Of a stretch of 64,000 bases of DNA, positions 29,130-39,062 are shown one piece after another. This stretch comes from Smithella sp. (GTDB taxonomy: Bacteria; Desulfobacterota; Syntrophia; Syntrophales; Smithellaceae), in the NCBI GenBank assembly GCA_018056685.1, contig JAGPFC010000002.1, positions 70,178 to 134,177 on the forward strand, written 5' to 3'. The translations under genes were made by a program, and so were the position numbers. Positions within the stretch are counted from its first letter, which is position 1. The number at the start of each line of letters is the position of its first letter. The notes beneath the pieces are model-generated. The model did not search any database. It was given only the letters and a program-made list of their open reading frames with translations, and was not told the DNA's origin.

Positions 29130-31043
29130 ATGAAACATTTCGTTCTCGGCACAGCCGGCCACGTTGATCACGGGAAAACTGCGCTTATTAAAGCGCTTAC
29201 GGGGGTGGATACAGACCGCCTCAAAGAAGAAAAACAAAGAGGCATTACGATTGAGCTCGGTTTTGCATCGCTCATGCTTCCCTCCGGTCAGACACTCGGC
29301 ATTGTGGATGTCCCCGGACATGAAAAATTCATTAAACACATGGTTTCCGGCGCTGCGGGCATTGATTTCGTTTTGATGATCATTGCCGCGGATGAAGGCA
29401 TTATGCCGCAAACGAAGGAACATTTACAGATATGTTCAATGCTGGGAATATCCAGGGGCATCGTCGCGCTGACCAAAACCGATCTGGTCGAGCAAGACTG
29501 GCTGGACTTGGTCCGATCAGAAATTTTTGATTTTTTACAGGGAACATTTCTGGAAGATGCTCCAGTTGTTCCGGTATCGGCCTTAAAACAGGAGGGGCTG
29601 ACCGAACTGATCAAGGCCATTGATGAGATGGCAAGGAAAATCGATCAGAAGGCTGATGACGGAATTTTTCGCCTGCCTGTGGATCGCGTCTTTACCATGA
29701 AAGGCTTCGGGACAGTTGTGACGGGAACACTGGTTTCCGATCACATTAAAATTGGTGAAGAAATTCAAATTCTTCCCGGAAATATCACCACCCGCATCAG
29801 AGGCATGCAGGTGCATAACCAGCCGGTGGAAGAGGCCTGGGCCGGTCAACGGACCGCCATCAACCTTCAGGGCGTTGAAAAATCAACCATCGAACGGGGC
29901 AATGTCCTTGTCCGGCCGAAAACGGTCTGGCCTTCTCAACGACTCGATGTGTTGGTTGAATTTCTCGCCGCCAATGCAAAAAATCTGAAGAACAGAACAC
30001 TTGTCCGCCTGCATACCGGAACAAGCGAAATCATTGCCCGCCTGATCTTACTGGACAAGGACGAACTGGCGCCGGGACAAAAAGCCTTCGCTCAATTGAT
30101 CCTGGCGGACATGGATGTCATTGTCGCCGGCGATCGCTTCGTTCTGCGCAGTTATTCTCCGGTAACGACGATCGGTGGCGGCCTGATTATTGATCCCCTT
30201 CCTGCCAAACATAAAAGGCACAACGAAAAAATTATTGCCGATATGAACATCTTGCTCAACGGTTCGCTGGCGGAAAAAATTTCTGTTATCATGGAACGAG
30301 CCGGTTTTAACGGCATCAATCTGCGCGGGATGAACTTCAGGCTCGGCATTCACGCGAAGAAAATCCGTGAAGCGCTGGAGGGGTTGTTTTCCGGCAGAAA
30401 AGCCATCCTGCTGGACAACGAAGACACAACCGTCATTTCGGTTGTCTGTTACAATCAACTGGAAGAGTTGATCTGTAAAAATCTGAGTGTTTATCATCAG
30501 AACAATCCTTTACAGGGCGGTATTTCCAAAGAACAGCTCAAAGAAACCCTCGGACGCGCGATATCGGTCAAGCTGTTCAATCTGGCGCTGCGCAATCTCT
30601 GCAAAAAAGAAACGATTGTCCTTGACAAGGATAATGTCCGGCTGACAGGACATCAGGTGCAACTGGAAGGAGAGCTGGATTCGCTGCGCAACGGCATTGC
30701 CCGGATTTATACTGACGCAGGCTTGACGCCGCCTTCTCTGAACGATGTGCTCAATGATTTTAAAGATCAAAAAGCACAAGCCCAAAGCATCATCAAACTG
30801 ATGCTCAAAGATGGAGATTTAATCAAGATTAATGAAGACCTCTGTTTCGCAAGAGGCTCCCTGAATAAATTGCGTGATGATTACAAAGCGTTGCTGATGA
30901 AAGACGGCAAGGCGACCCCGGCCAGTTTTAAAGAGTTGACCGGCCTGTCCCGTAAATATATCATTCCGCTGATGGAATATTTTGACGTCAGCAAACTGAC
31001 CGTCCGGGTGGGAGATCACCGCCTATTAAGAGAGAATCGATGA
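29130..31043 (+). CDS. selB: selenocysteine-specific translation elongation factor SelB
   Basis: 637 aa. GTPase domain GTAGHVDHGKTALIKALTG...DRLKEEKQRGITIELGFA, DVPGHEKF, followed by winged-helix C-terminal domains. Confidence 0.93.
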   Translation: MKHFVLGTAGHVDHGKTALIKALTGVDTDRLKEEKQRGITIELGFASLMLPSGQTLGIVDVPGHEKFIKHMVSGAAGIDFVLMIIAADEGIMPQTKEHLQICSMLGISRGIVALTKTDLVEQDWLDLVRSEIFDFLQGTFLEDAPVVPVSALKQEGLTELIKAIDEMARKIDQKADDGIFRLPVDRVFTMKGFGTVVTGTLVSDHIKIGEEIQILPGNITTRIRGMQVHNQPVEEAWAGQRTAINLQGVEKSTIERGNVLVRPKTVWPSQRLDVLVEFLAANAKNLKNRTLVRLHTGTSEIIARLILLDKDELAPGQKAFAQLILADMDVIVAGDRFVLRSYSPVTTIGGGLIIDPLPAKHKRHNEKIIADMNILLNGSLAEKISVIMERAGFNGINLRGMNFRLGIHAKKIREALEGLFSGRKAILLDNEDTTVISVVCYNQLEELICKNLSVYHQNNPLQGGISKEQLKETLGRAISVKLFNLALRNLCKKETIVLDKDNVRLTGHQVQLEGELDSLRNGIARIYTDAGLTPPSLNDVLNDFKDQKAQAQSIIKLMLKDGDLIKINEDLCFARGSLNKLRDDYKALLMKDGKATPASFKELTGLSRKYIIPLMEYFDVSKLTVRVGDHRLLRENR

Positions 31044-31819
31044 GTGATTTAAAAAAAATAATCAAAACGATAAAAATATCTTCCGGCGACGATACGGCCG
31101 TGACCCGCAATCTCACCAAAGTGATTCAGGAAGTGACCCTTGCCGTTCATGTTAACGGTAAACACTTGGCGAATATTGCGTGCGCCGGAATTCATCTGGA
31201 AGAACTCGCGGCAGGTTTTTTAAGATCGGAAAGGATCATTGCCCGCGGGAGCGACATCGAAGAAATCAAAATGAACAAAAAAAAGCCTCTTGTTGATGTT
31301 ATCCTGAAGAAAAAAACAGACTGCTTACCGGCATCTGTAAAAAACATCGCGTCGAGCGGGGCACGCGGCAAATCAAACATGGACCTGCTTAAACCATTGA
31401 GCCCTGCCAAGGATTTTAAGATCAAAACCCGTGTGGCCCTCAAACTCATGGAAGAACTCCTGAACAATTCCGCAGTGCATAATCAGACAGGCGGCACCCA
31501 TTGTTCAGCTCTGGCGATGGGAAAGAAAATCGTCGCCCTACGCGAAGATATCGGCCGTCACAACACGATAGATATGCTGGGAGGTTATGCCCTGTTGCAG
31601 AAAATCAATCTGCAACAGGCAATGATTTTAACAACGGGAAGAATCTCCTCCGAAATTGTTTATAAAGTCTGGAACATGGGCATACCGACCATTATTTCTC
31701 ATTCCGCACCGACAGCCAATGCTGTGGCACTGTCAGACAAGGCCAATATTTTGTTGATCGGCTATGTGCGTCATGGTCGGATGAACATCTATTCTCACGA
31801 AAGGCGGGTCATCATTTGA
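31040..31819 (+). CDS. fdhD: FdhD-family formate dehydrogenase accessory protein (variant lacking the CxxC loop)
   Basis: 259 aa. TGGTHCSAL, EDIGRHNTIDMLGG and SHSAPTANAV motifs. The ATGA overlap with the selB stop indicates translational coupling. Confidence 0.85.
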   Translation: MSDLKKIIKTIKISSGDDTAVTRNLTKVIQEVTLAVHVNGKHLANIACAGIHLEELAAGFLRSERIIARGSDIEEIKMNKKKPLVDVILKKKTDCLPASVKNIASSGARGKSNMDLLKPLSPAKDFKIKTRVALKLMEELLNNSAVHNQTGGTHCSALAMGKKIVALREDIGRHNTIDMLGGYALLQKINLQQAMILTTGRISSEIVYKVWNMGIPTIISHSAPTANAVALSDKANILLIGYVRHGRMNIYSHERRVII

Positions 31820-32769
31820 AGACAAAAGAAATCTATCTCAAGGACATTAAACAGGGAGACCGGGTCGCTTCCACATTTTTAGCGGCCGAAAAGAATATGG
31901 CCTTTTCCATCAAAGGCGCTCCTTATTTGAATGTCCGCCTGAAGGATAAAACCGGTGAACTGGATGGTAAAATCTGGGACAATGCGATGGAATTTGATCA
32001 GCAGTTTAAAAAGGGTGATATCATTTACATTGAGGGTAAAGCCGCCAATTATAAAAATTCGATTCAGATTTCAATTGTCAAGGTTCAGAAAAGCGCCTGG
32101 GAAGATATAGACCCTTCCGACTATTTGCCCGCGGTTAAAGGCGACATTGATGTCATGTTCAACGACCTGCTCGCGTTTATTGAAAATATAGAAACCCAGC
32201 CGCTGCAAAAACTGTTGCATTCTTTTTTTCAGCATGAAAAGACGGCAGAGCTTTTTAAGAAAGCGCCCGCGGCCAAAGGGTTTCATCATATTTACCTGGG
32301 CGGGCTTCTGGAACATACCCTTTCGGTGGTGCGTTTACTGGAAAAAGTTGCCACTCACTATCCGGATCTCAAAAAAGATATGCTGATCACCGGGGGTATG
32401 CTTCATGATATAGGGAAAATATATGAGTTTTCATATGACACCATTATTGATTACAGTAATGAAGGTAGACTTATCGGTCATATTGTGCTAGGAGTACAGA
32501 TGCTTGATAAAGAGATAGCCGCTATTGCTGACTTCCCCCCCCAAACAGCAATGGAATTACGCCATATTATTTTAAGTCATCATGGCGAATTCGAATTCGG
32601 CTCTCCCAAACGCCCGAAAACTTTAGAAGCTTTAGTTGTCCACTATATTGATGATCTGGATGCCAAATTTAATGCTTTTCAGACCTTCATGGCGGACTCG
32701 CACAACGGTGATTCCGGCTGGACAACGTATAATCGCTTTCTGGAACGTTTTCTTTACAAGGGCAAGTAG
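31816..32769 (+). CDS. OB-fold + HD-domain protein, YhaM-like 3'-5' exoribonuclease family
   Basis: 317 aa. N-terminal OB fold, HD motifs (LLEHTLSV, GGMLHDIGK, LSHHGEFEFGSP). The TTG start overlaps the fdhD stop (TTGA). Confidence 0.75.
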   Translation: MKTKEIYLKDIKQGDRVASTFLAAEKNMAFSIKGAPYLNVRLKDKTGELDGKIWDNAMEFDQQFKKGDIIYIEGKAANYKNSIQISIVKVQKSAWEDIDPSDYLPAVKGDIDVMFNDLLAFIENIETQPLQKLLHSFFQHEKTAELFKKAPAAKGFHHIYLGGLLEHTLSVVRLLEKVATHYPDLKKDMLITGGMLHDIGKIYEFSYDTIIDYSNEGRLIGHIVLGVQMLDKEIAAIADFPPQTAMELRHIILSHHGEFEFGSPKRPKTLEALVVHYIDDLDAKFNAFQTFMADSHNGDSGWTTYNRFLERFLYKGK

Positions 32770-32917
32770 AAATCGGTTCAATCTTACAGGGTTTGAACTT
32801 GATTTTTTAAAGGCAAAGAGCGTATGAAAAGCGCACTGCCAACAAAAAACGTATGTAAAACTATTCATTAATTCATGATGGTTAATTAAAATTATCTAAA
32901 GGGGGGAATGTAGGTTT

Positions 32918-34927
32918 ATGGCTTATAGAACAGATACTTTGTGCGGTATATTTCACAATCAGGCGCTTCGTTTTGGTGACCAGGTCGAACTGCTTCGTGC
33001 CAAGATTGATAAAAACGGCGACCCCAGCAGCGAATGGCACTCACGAACATGGAAGGAAACTCGCGATGAAGCCATGGGTTTTGCCAAGGGACTGCTGGTC
33101 CTGGGGTTGAAAAAAGGAGATCGAATCGTCATCTTTTCTGAAAGCAGACCACGTTGGATCATTGCTGATCAGGCCATTCAGGCCTGCGGCGCTATCGGCG
33201 TACCTCTTTATCCCACACTGACCGTTGAAGAACTGGGTTATATGACCTCGGACAGCGGATCGAAAATCGTCATCGCTTCCAATCAGGCTCGGGGAGAGAT
33301 GGCCATCAAAGCAAAAGCACAGGGAGTTCCTATTGACAAGATTATTACCATGGGTTCCTGGCAAGGAACAAAACCGGAAGGTGTTTATACTTTCGATGAA
33401 GTGATTGCTATGGGCAAGGGGAAAATCAGTGATGAAGAGCTGGAGAAAAATATAAACGCGGTTACCCCCGATGATGTTGCTTCCATTATCTATACCTCAG
33501 GGACAACCGGCAAGCAGAAAGGCGCCGTTCTCACCCAGAAAAACTGGGTAGCCAACCTTCATCAGGCTTCCAATTCCACACTGGTTCGTTGTCAACGGGA
33601 ACTCGGTCTTCATCTCACTTTCCTTGTTCATTTACCCATGTGTCACGTTTTCGGCCGGACAAGTGACTACCATGTGGGCGCCCTTCAACAGGGGGGCATT
33701 CTGGTTTTCGCGGAAAGTTTTGAAAAAATACCGAAAAACCTTCAGGAAATCAGACCCAATGTTGTCATTAGCATTCCCCGTTTGTGGGAAAAAATTTACG
33801 ATACGACAAAATCGATCATATCCCGACAGAATCAAACAACACAGTCCATTTTTAACTGGGCCATGAAACTGGGCGAAAAATACTCCAACGCCATGGCCAC
33901 CGCAACACGCATGAATCAAATCGACCTGCTTCAGTTCGCCGCAGCCAACATTCTGGTTTTCAATAAAATTAAAAAAACAGCCGGTCTGGACCGCGTTGTT
34001 CTCGGCATATCCGGCGGCGGTAAACTTTCCAAAGATGTTTGTGTGTTTATCCGTTCGCTGGGCATTCAATTGAGCGAAGGTTACGGCCTTACCGAAACAT
34101 CGCCGGTGATCAATTTCAATGAACCGGAATTCAACACCGGTTTTGATATCAGCAAAGGCAGCTGGTTCCAAAAGAAGATGCTGGACTTGACCGTGGATCT
34201 CATGGTGACGAAACAGGCACAGGGTTTATCCCCCTATACCAGTCTTTTTCGATCGTTGTGTCTTTCCCTGGCCTACAATACCCTGGCTCACAAACTACAG
34301 ATCAAACCGGGGACGGTAGGCAGACCGGCTCTCTGGACAGAAGAAAAAATCGCCGAGGACGGTGAAATACTCGTCAAGGGGCCTCAGGTATTCAAGGGAT
34401 ACTGGAATTTACCTGACGCAACCAAAGAAGCATTCACGGACGATGGATGGTTTAAGACGGGAGACATTGGCGAGTTCGACCGTGACGGATTTCTGCTCAT
34501 TACCGACCGCAAGAAAGAACTGTTTGTCACGTCCGGCGGCAAGAATATCGCGCCTCATCCCATCGAACTGGCCATTATCGCCAAGCCCTTTATCGATCAG
34601 GCCTGTCTCATCGGTGATGCGAGAAAATACATTAGCGCCCTGATTGTTCCCGATTATCAGGAGCTGCGACGTTACTGCAAACACAATGGCATTCCGGAAT
34701 GTTCCAACAAAGACCTCATCGCCCATGATAAGATAAAGGAATTGATTCAGAAACAGATCGACGAGGTCAACGAAACGCTGCCGCGTTACGAACAGATCAA
34801 ATACTACAGGATCATGGAAACACCCTTCAGTGTTGAATCCGGCGAGCTGACGCCGACTTTGAAACTGAAACGCAGAATTGTTTTCGAAAAATACAAAGAC
34901 GAAATCGAGAGTATGTACCAGGGTTAA
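32918..34927 (+). CDS. long-chain acyl-CoA synthetase (AMP-forming, COG1022-type)
   Basis: 669 aa. AMP-binding motif IIYTSGTTGKQKGAVLT, GYGLTETSP, TGDIGEFDRDGFLLITDRKKELF. Confidence 0.88.
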   Translation: MAYRTDTLCGIFHNQALRFGDQVELLRAKIDKNGDPSSEWHSRTWKETRDEAMGFAKGLLVLGLKKGDRIVIFSESRPRWIIADQAIQACGAIGVPLYPTLTVEELGYMTSDSGSKIVIASNQARGEMAIKAKAQGVPIDKIITMGSWQGTKPEGVYTFDEVIAMGKGKISDEELEKNINAVTPDDVASIIYTSGTTGKQKGAVLTQKNWVANLHQASNSTLVRCQRELGLHLTFLVHLPMCHVFGRTSDYHVGALQQGGILVFAESFEKIPKNLQEIRPNVVISIPRLWEKIYDTTKSIISRQNQTTQSIFNWAMKLGEKYSNAMATATRMNQIDLLQFAAANILVFNKIKKTAGLDRVVLGISGGGKLSKDVCVFIRSLGIQLSEGYGLTETSPVINFNEPEFNTGFDISKGSWFQKKMLDLTVDLMVTKQAQGLSPYTSLFRSLCLSLAYNTLAHKLQIKPGTVGRPALWTEEKIAEDGEILVKGPQVFKGYWNLPDATKEAFTDDGWFKTGDIGEFDRDGFLLITDRKKELFVTSGGKNIAPHPIELAIIAKPFIDQACLIGDARKYISALIVPDYQELRRYCKHNGIPECSNKDLIAHDKIKELIQKQIDEVNETLPRYEQIKYYRIMETPFSVESGELTPTLKLKRRIVFEKYKDEIESMYQG

Positions 34928-34947
34928 AAAATTTCTGATCAGAACGA

Positions 34948-34985
34948 TAAGAGGGATTGTTCGACGAACAATCCCTCTTATTTTA
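34948..34985. terminator. bidirectional rho-independent terminator between convergent genes
   Basis: Perfect 16-bp inverted repeat: TAAGAGGGATTGTTCG (34948-63), A, CGAACAATCCCTCTTA (34965-80), followed by TTTT. Confidence 0.8.
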
Positions 34986-35014
34986 TGCAGATTATGCTTT
35001 GATGTTCCTGTCTC

Positions 35015-35815
35015 TCACTTCCCTTTAAATGCCGGCGGTCTTTTTTCCATGAAGGCCATGAACGCCTCTTTGAGATCATCGGTTGTCAGCAGAAACATAT
35101 TTTTCTGAATGGCCAGAGCCATGCCTTCGCTGACGCTGGTATAACGGCTGAAATTGAGAACTTCTTTCGTGCATTCGATGGCGAGGGGAGCATTCTCCGA
35201 TATTTGCACGGCCATTTCACGGGCGGCTGCGTCCAGAGCGGACTGATCCGCGTAAACATGATTGATCAGTCCCATTTTTTCCGCCTGCCGGGCATTGTAA
35301 AAATTAACGGTGAAAGCAATTTCCCGGGCATATCCCTGGCCGACGATCAGAGGCAGCCTTTGAAGCGCGCCCATATCGGCACATAATCCGATCTTCGGCT
35401 CTTTCAGACAGAAACTTGCATCCTCGGTACAGAGACGGATATCACAAGCGGAAATCATATGCAGTCCGCCGCCGATGCACTGACCATGCACTGCAGCAAT
35501 GACCGGCTTGGGGCATTCTTCAATCGCATTGCAGCAATCGAATAGCGGCTGGAATTTTTTAATCATATCAAACGGCCCTCTGGCCGTTCCGGTAAAACCT
35601 CCGGCGGCATCTTTCAAATCTAGGCCGGCACAGAAAATTCTGGCCTTGCTCTTCAGGATAACAGCCCTGACTTCATCCTTAGCCGCCAGCTCTTTAAAAA
35701 CACCGGCAATCTCCGATGCAAATTCCAGACTCAGGGCATTGAGACTTTTTTCTCTGGTCATCGTTACGGTCGCGATATAATCTTTGATCTCCAGTTCAAT
35801 ATATTTGTAATTCAT
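35015..35815 (-). CDS. enoyl-CoA hydratase/isomerase (crotonase family)
   Basis: 266 aa with a crotonase fold (FCAGLDLKD, AAVHGQCIGGG). Confidence 0.85.
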   Translation of the reverse strand: MNYKYIELEIKDYIATVTMTREKSLNALSLEFASEIAGVFKELAAKDEVRAVILKSKARIFCAGLDLKDAAGGFTGTARGPFDMIKKFQPLFDCCNAIEECPKPVIAAVHGQCIGGGLHMISACDIRLCTEDASFCLKEPKIGLCADMGALQRLPLIVGQGYAREIAFTVNFYNARQAEKMGLINHVYADQSALDAAAREMAVQISENAPLAIECTKEVLNFSRYTSVSEGMALAIQKNMFLLTTDDLKEAFMAFMEKRPPAFKGK

Positions 35816-35828
35816 ACATCACTCCTTA

Positions 35829-36476
35829 TTATTTTTTGTATAACGAATTTTTGATAATGTACTGACGGACTTTGTCCATGGTAAGATATCGAATGGATTG
35901 ACCCTCTTGAACCATCCGTCTCATTCGCGAGGAAGAAATATCCAGAAAACTTGTGTGGCGGAAATAAATAGTGTGTCCTGTCGGTCCCTGAAATCCATCG
36001 ATTTTTTCATCGTAAGAAAATTTCTCGGCAAATTCTTTCGGCAGGATCGTGCCCAGCCTTAAATCATCATATCCCGGGCGGGTCATAACGGCGAAATGAC
36101 ATAACAACAACAGCCTCTCCCAGTCTTTCCAGGTTGTGATCGCCTGAAAAGCATCCTGGCCGACTATGAAATACAGTTCTAGATCATCCATATGGTTCTG
36201 GAGAATGTATTCCACCGTTTCCACAGAATAAGATTTACCGGCACGTAATTTTTCCACGTCGGAAAACAAAAAGTTAACATTGTCTTCAATGGCCAGACGA
36301 ATCATCTGCTCACGATGATGGAAAGGAGTTATCTTTGCCTCCAGTTTGTGCGGTGGCTGTGATGACGGCACAAAAATAATACGGTTGAGATTGAAAATCT
36401 CCAGCATCTCTTCCGCGCCGCGTAAATGTCCGATGTGAATCGGATCAAAAGTACCGCCAAAAAGTCCCCACCTCAT
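35829..36476 (-). CDS. nadD: nicotinate-nucleotide adenylyltransferase
   Basis: 215 aa. [12 protein letters not shown] motif and SSSRMR near the C-terminus. Confidence 0.9.
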   Translation of the reverse strand: MRWGLFGGTFDPIHIGHLRGAEEMLEIFNLNRIIFVPSSQPPHKLEAKITPFHHREQMIRLAIEDNVNFLFSDVEKLRAGKSYSVETVEYILQNHMDDLELYFIVGQDAFQAITTWKDWERLLLLCHFAVMTRPGYDDLRLGTILPKEFAEKFSYDEKIDGFQGPTGHTIYFRHTSFLDISSSRMRRMVQEGQSIRYLTMDKVRQYIIKNSLYKK

Positions 36477-37744
36477 GTTCTCATCTGTCCGTTTCCGTAA
36501 ATGATAAATTTTGTCGTTGTCAATTCCTCCAGGCCCATCGGACCGAACGCGTGCAGTTTGGTGGTGGAAATGCCGATTTCCGCTCCCAGCCCCAGCTCAA
36601 AACCGTCACTGAACCGCGTTGACGCATTGACCAGCACGGTTGAGGAATTGACTTCGTTTAAAAAACGCTGGGCATTGGCGTAATCACTCGTGATGATGGA
36701 TTCGGTATGCAGAGATCCGTATTTTTCAATGTGCGCGATGGCCTCGTCCATGTCTTTCACAACCTTCACCGCGAGAATTAAATCCAGATACTCGGCATAC
36801 CAGTCATCTTCCTGAGCCTTTTCAATCTTCTTCAAGATGGTTTTAGTTTTTGCGCAACCCCTGATGACCACGCCGGCTTTCTTTAATTTGTTGGCCGCCA
36901 GCGGCAGAAATTTGCCGGCAATGTCCTGGTGCACCAGCAACGTTTCCAGGGCATTGCACACACCCGGACGCTGAGCTTTGGCATTGAGACAGATATTGAC
37001 GGCCATCGCCATGTCGGCGCTGGCATCCACAAAAACATGGCAGACACCTTTGTAATGCTTGATAACCGGTATTCTGGACTGGGCAACCACCGCGCGGATT
37101 AATTCTTCACCACCGCGGGGAATGATCAAGTCAATATATTCTTCCAGATGCAGCATTTCGTTCACCGCTTCACGGTCGGTCATCGGGATGACCTGTATCG
37201 CTTTTTCCGGCAAGGATGTCTCCTTGAGGACTTTCTGCAGGATGGAAGCAATGGCCAGATTGGATTGAATGGATTCGGAACCGCCCCGCAATATCACGAC
37301 ATTCCCGGATTTAAGACACAGCGCCGAAGCATCCACCGTGACATTGGGACGTGACTCGTAAATAATCCCGATGACGCCCAGGGGAATTCTCATTTTTCCC
37401 ACGAGCAGCCCGTTAGGTCTGCGCCACATGGACGTTACCTTCCCGACGGGATCCGGCAGAGCGGCCACTTCCCTCAAGCCTTGGGCCATTTGATCAATCG
37501 TGGACGGTTTGAGTGTCAAACGATCCAGCATGGCGATGGAGATGCCTGTTTTTTTTGCTTTTACGACATCTTTGGCATTCGCCTCCAAAAGAAATTTGGA
37601 ATTCTTCTCCAGTTCTTCCGCCATGCGCAAAAGAGCCTTGTTTTTTTCCGTCTCGGTCACTCGGGAGAGCTTTCGTGCCGCCAGTTGCGCATCGCGAGCT
37701 ATCTGCTGCACAGAACTCTTGATATCCATAACGCCATCCTTCAA
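36473..37744 (-). CDS. proA: gamma-glutamyl phosphate reductase
   Basis: 423 aa aldehyde-dehydrogenase-type ProA ([22 protein letters not shown]). Confidence 0.93.
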   Translation of the reverse strand: MKDGVMDIKSSVQQIARDAQLAARKLSRVTETEKNKALLRMAEELEKNSKFLLEANAKDVVKAKKTGISIAMLDRLTLKPSTIDQMAQGLREVAALPDPVGKVTSMWRRPNGLLVGKMRIPLGVIGIIYESRPNVTVDASALCLKSGNVVILRGGSESIQSNLAIASILQKVLKETSLPEKAIQVIPMTDREAVNEMLHLEEYIDLIIPRGGEELIRAVVAQSRIPVIKHYKGVCHVFVDASADMAMAVNICLNAKAQRPGVCNALETLLVHQDIAGKFLPLAANKLKKAGVVIRGCAKTKTILKKIEKAQEDDWYAEYLDLILAVKVVKDMDEAIAHIEKYGSLHTESIITSDYANAQRFLNEVNSSTVLVNASTRFSDGFELGLGAEIGISTTKLHAFGPMGLEELTTTKFIIYGNGQMRT

Positions 37745-37895
37745 AAATAAACTTGCTTTTTCTCTTTCATTACTGGTAAAAGCTGCCCCGTTTAAAGAAG
37801 GACAGTCTTATATTCTTCATTCTAATAGAAGAAAAATTTGTGTAAATCTACAGGACAAAAGTTCACGTGTCAAGGCCTTTGCCCAAACATCAGAT

Positions 37896-38963
37896 ATGAG
37901 CCGAATACGCATTAAAGCCGGGAAAAAAATCTATCCAATCATCAAGGATGGTGGTTTTCATTTCGATTCCATCTCGACTTATTTCGGACCGGCGGTGGGA
38001 CCCCGCTGGCTGATCGCCAGTGGATTCGATTTGACTCTGCTGCAGGAAGGTCTGCTGGGATGTCAAAAACCGGTGCAACTGGTTGGATCCTCCGCAGGCG
38101 CGTTTCGTTTCGCGGCATGGATTCAGCCGGAAGCGATTCCATCCTACCAGAGACTCATCGACGCGTATATCAGCGTTGAATACACCCGGCAGGATACGCC
38201 GGCATCAGTACTGGAAAAAATAACCGGCATTGTCAATGCTTATCTGGAAGACGATGCCCTTCCTTTTGCGCTGGCCAATAAGCAATACCGCCTCGTCGTC
38301 CTGACCGCTCGGGCGCGTGGTCTGGTCGCATCAGAAAATCACTGGCTGCAGAAAGCAGGGCTTTTAACATGTCTGATATTTAATTATTTCAGTCGCAACA
38401 ACATTCACAAATTCGCGGAAAGGATCGTTTTTTACAATGCCTCCAAGCCGCCGGCATTTTGTTTAAAACACTCCTTCCGCGGCGATTACGTTCAGTTAAA
38501 TGAAGTCAATTTTAAATATACCGTATTGGCTTCCGGCGCTATTCCTCTGGTCATTCATGGTGTACGTGACATTTATGGAGCTCCCCGCGGCGTCTATCGC
38601 GATGGAGGTCTGATTGACTATCACCTGACGCACCAGTATGCCGACAGAGAAGATGAAATCGTGCTTTTCTTTCATCACCAGGAAAGGATCATTCCCGGCT
38701 GGCTGGACAAGCAAATAAAAAATCGTGGTCCGGAACCGCATGTGTTAGACAATGTTTTAATGATTTTTCCTTCGCAGAGTTTTGTTGAAAGTCTTCCCGG
38801 TGGAAAGGTTCCCGACCGCACCGATTTAGTAACTTTGATTCATGATCAGGGAACAAGAATCAAAAACTGGCGCCGGGCGGTGGAATTATCCGCTCCGCTG
38901 GGTGACGATTTTCTGGAACTGGTGGAGAGTGGTAAGATTCGCGACGTCGTGGAAAAGCTATAA
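37896..38963 (+). CDS. divergent patatin-like phospholipase family protein
   Basis: 355 aa counted from the in-frame ATG at 37896. GxSxG nucleophile elbow (GSSAG) and a later DGG motif (YRDGGLIDYH). The upstream 132 codons of track ORF 37500.. are antisense to proA. Confidence 0.6.
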   Translation: MSRIRIKAGKKIYPIIKDGGFHFDSISTYFGPAVGPRWLIASGFDLTLLQEGLLGCQKPVQLVGSSAGAFRFAAWIQPEAIPSYQRLIDAYISVEYTRQDTPASVLEKITGIVNAYLEDDALPFALANKQYRLVVLTARARGLVASENHWLQKAGLLTCLIFNYFSRNNIHKFAERIVFYNASKPPAFCLKHSFRGDYVQLNEVNFKYTVLASGAIPLVIHGVRDIYGAPRGVYRDGGLIDYHLTHQYADREDEIVLFFHHQERIIPGWLDKQIKNRGPEPHVLDNVLMIFPSQSFVESLPGGKVPDRTDLVTLIHDQGTRIKNWRRAVELSAPLGDDFLELVESGKIRDVVEKL

Positions 38964-39062
38964 GATTTAAGTAATTAAGTTTTAAGATTTAAAAAAAATA
39001 ACAGCGCGAGGCGCCTCAATCATACTGAATACTTAAACCTTAAAACTTTAAACTTTTTTAAT

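Noticed and set aside
32535-32542. C8 homopolymer inside the YhaM-like gene (TTC CCC CCC CAA), considered as a slipped-strand phase-variation tract.
   Set aside because: The tract is in frame and short, and the gene is housekeeping-like with no contingency-locus context.
37500-37895. N-terminal 132 codons of track ORF 37500..38963, which would give a 487-aa protein.
   Set aside because: This part is antisense to proA and has a nonsense-like composition. The in-frame ATG at 37896 begins the patatin-like sequence in the intergenic region.
38964-39062. AT-rich imperfect inverted repeat (AAGTTTTAAGATTT ... AAACCTTAAAACTT) between the patatin and rSAM genes.
   Set aside because: It is low-complexity A/T sequence with a ~45-nt spacer. 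It could act as a weak terminator or just reflect composition, and the support is not strong enough for a feature.
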